DNA of 64,000 nucleotides from Escherichia coli 042 (GTDB lineage Bacteria; Pseudomonadota; Gammaproteobacteria; Enterobacterales; Enterobacteriaceae): NCBI RefSeq assembly GCF_000027125.1, contig NC_017626.1; one strand, 5' to 3'. Shown piece by piece: positions 62,162 to 64,000 of this stretch (position 1 is its first letter; each line of letters starts with the position of its first letter). The notes under the pieces were generated by a model. It saw only the letters and a program-made list of their open reading frames with translations, ran no database searches and was not told where the DNA came from. The position numbers and the translations under genes were made by a program.

Positions 62162-62884
62162 TTAAGAGACGTGCTGCAAAAATTCCTGCAAGCGCTGGCT
62201 CGGCGGGTTCTTGATCAACACCTGCGGATCGCCATCTTCCGCAATCCGGCCTTTGTCGATAAAGATAAGGCGCGAAGCTACTTTCTCGGCAAAACCGATT
62301 TCGTGGGTCACGATCACCATCGTCATCCCTTCTTCAGCCAGATCCTGCATAACCTTCAGCACTTCATGGCGCAGTTCCGGGTCAAGAGCGGAAGTCGGTT
62401 CATCAAACAGCATCATTTTCGGCTTCACCGCCAGCGCGCGGGCGATGGCCACACGCTGCTGTTGACCACCAGAAAGTTCGGAAGGGTAGTGATGTGCACG
62501 TTCTGCCAGACCGACTTTCGCCAGCAGCTCACGTGCCAGTTTTTCCGCCTCTTCTTTGTTCGCGCCACGCACGCGTAGCGGACCAAACATCACGTTTTCC
62601 AGCGCCGTCAGATGCGGGAAGAGGTAAAACTGCTGGAACACCATACCCGCTTCCTGGCGAATCAGGCGCTCGTCAACTTTCGGATCGTTAACCTTCAGGC
62701 CATCGACAATCAGATCGCCGGAGGTGATTTCTTCCAGTTTGTTGATGCAGCGCAGCAGGGTCGATTTACCGGAACCGGACGGCCCGATAATCACCACGAC
62801 TTCGCCCTGAGCAATGTTCAAATCGATATTGTGCAGCACCTGGGTTGGACCAAAATGCTTGGAGACGTTTTTAAATTCAATCAC
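62162..62884 (-). CDS. glnQ: Glutamine ABC transporter ATP-binding protein
   Basis: 240-aa ORF with Walker [10 protein letters not shown]. Confidence 0.95.
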
Positions 62885-63540
62885 AGGATTTTCATCCTTC
62901 TTTCCAGACGACGCAGAATAAAGCTCAGCACCAGGGTAATAATCAGATAGAACACCGCCACGGCGCTCCAGATCTCAAGGGCGCGGAAGTTACCGGCAAT
63001 AATTTCTTGCCCCTGACGGGTCAGTTCCGCCACGCCGATCACAATAAACAGCGAGGTGTCTTTAATGCTGATGATCCACTGGTTACCCAGCGGCGGCAGC
63101 ATACGACGCAGTGCCAGCGGTAAAATGACGTAGCGAATGGTTTCCCAACGTGAAAGACCGAGCGCCAGTCCTGCTTCACGAAAACCTTTGTGAATAGACA
63201 GCACCGCACCACGCGTGATTTCCGCAATGTACGCGCCGGAGTTGATCATGATGGTGACCACCGCCGCAGTAAACGGGTCGATGCGTAAGTCGTTAAACGC
63301 CATCGGCAGGGCGAAATAGATAAACATCACCTGGACGACGATAGGTGTGCCGCGGATCACTTCAATAAAGACCAGCGCGACGTGGTTGGCTATCCAACCA
63401 CCGAAGGTGCGTGCAAAACCTGCCAGCAATCCGATCACCAGGCCGCCAGCCAGACCGAGGACCGAGATCCACAGGGTCATTTTGGCACCTTCAATCAGAA
63501 GCGGAATGGCAGGCCAGATGGCACTCCAGTCAAACTGCAT
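62881..63540 (-). CDS. glnP: Glutamine ABC transporter permease
   Basis: 219-aa ORF; 4-nt overlap with glnQ. Confidence 0.95.
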
Positions 63541-63610
63541 ATGTTGTTCCTGTTACCGTGGTGTAAATAATCAAATTCAGGGTAATTAATGGCCCCGGAG
63601 CGGGTTTGCG

Positions 63611-63650
63611 CCCCTCACCCTAATCCTCTCCCCAGAGGGGAGAGGGAACT
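63611..63650. repeat. GC-rich palindromic intergenic element between glnP and glnH
   Basis: CCCCTCACCCTAATCCTCTCCCCAGAGGGGAGAGGGAAC; same family as 30216..30249. Confidence 0.4.
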
Positions 63651-63678
63651 GCCAGTGCGCCTTACAGGCGTAGCGTTA

Positions 63679-64000
<322 letters not shown>

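Overview
Enterobacterial (E. coli-type) chromosome segment, reading by eye only with no searches run. Positions 1..21940 are the right (late-gene) arm of an integrated mosaic prophage: small and large terminase, HK97-type portal, prohead protease and major capsid, then a Mu-like contractile tail module (sheath, tube, frameshifted chaperone, tape measure, Mu N/P/gp45/gp46/gp47/gp48-like baseplate, tail fibre and Tfa), followed by a convergent gtrA-gtrB-gtrC O-antigen glucosylation cassette and a lambda-type attR (core GCTTTTTTATACTAA at 21926..21940 with a lambda-like P arm). Integration is at the classical lambda attB next to ybhB-bioA. The rest is conserved core genome in K-12 order: ybhB, bioA/bioBFCD, uvrB, ybhK, moaABCDE, ybhL, ybhM, ybhN-clsB-ybhP, ybhQ, ybhRSFG-cecR, rhlE, ybiA, dinG, ybiB, ybiC, ybiJ, ybiI, ybiX-fiu, mcbA, rlmF, ybiO, glnQPH. 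The main candidate for something undescribed is a ~2 kb AT-rich island (36063..38047) inserted between ybhM and ybhN, with four co-directional small ORFs, a decayed paralogue fragment and a duplicated copy of the ybhN 3' end; ybhM itself carries an in-frame TAA. Other points of interest are a start-less low-GC OB-fold moron inside the tail module, a convergent tfa' remnant suggesting a decayed invertible fibre segment, and a -1 frameshift site in the tail chaperone.
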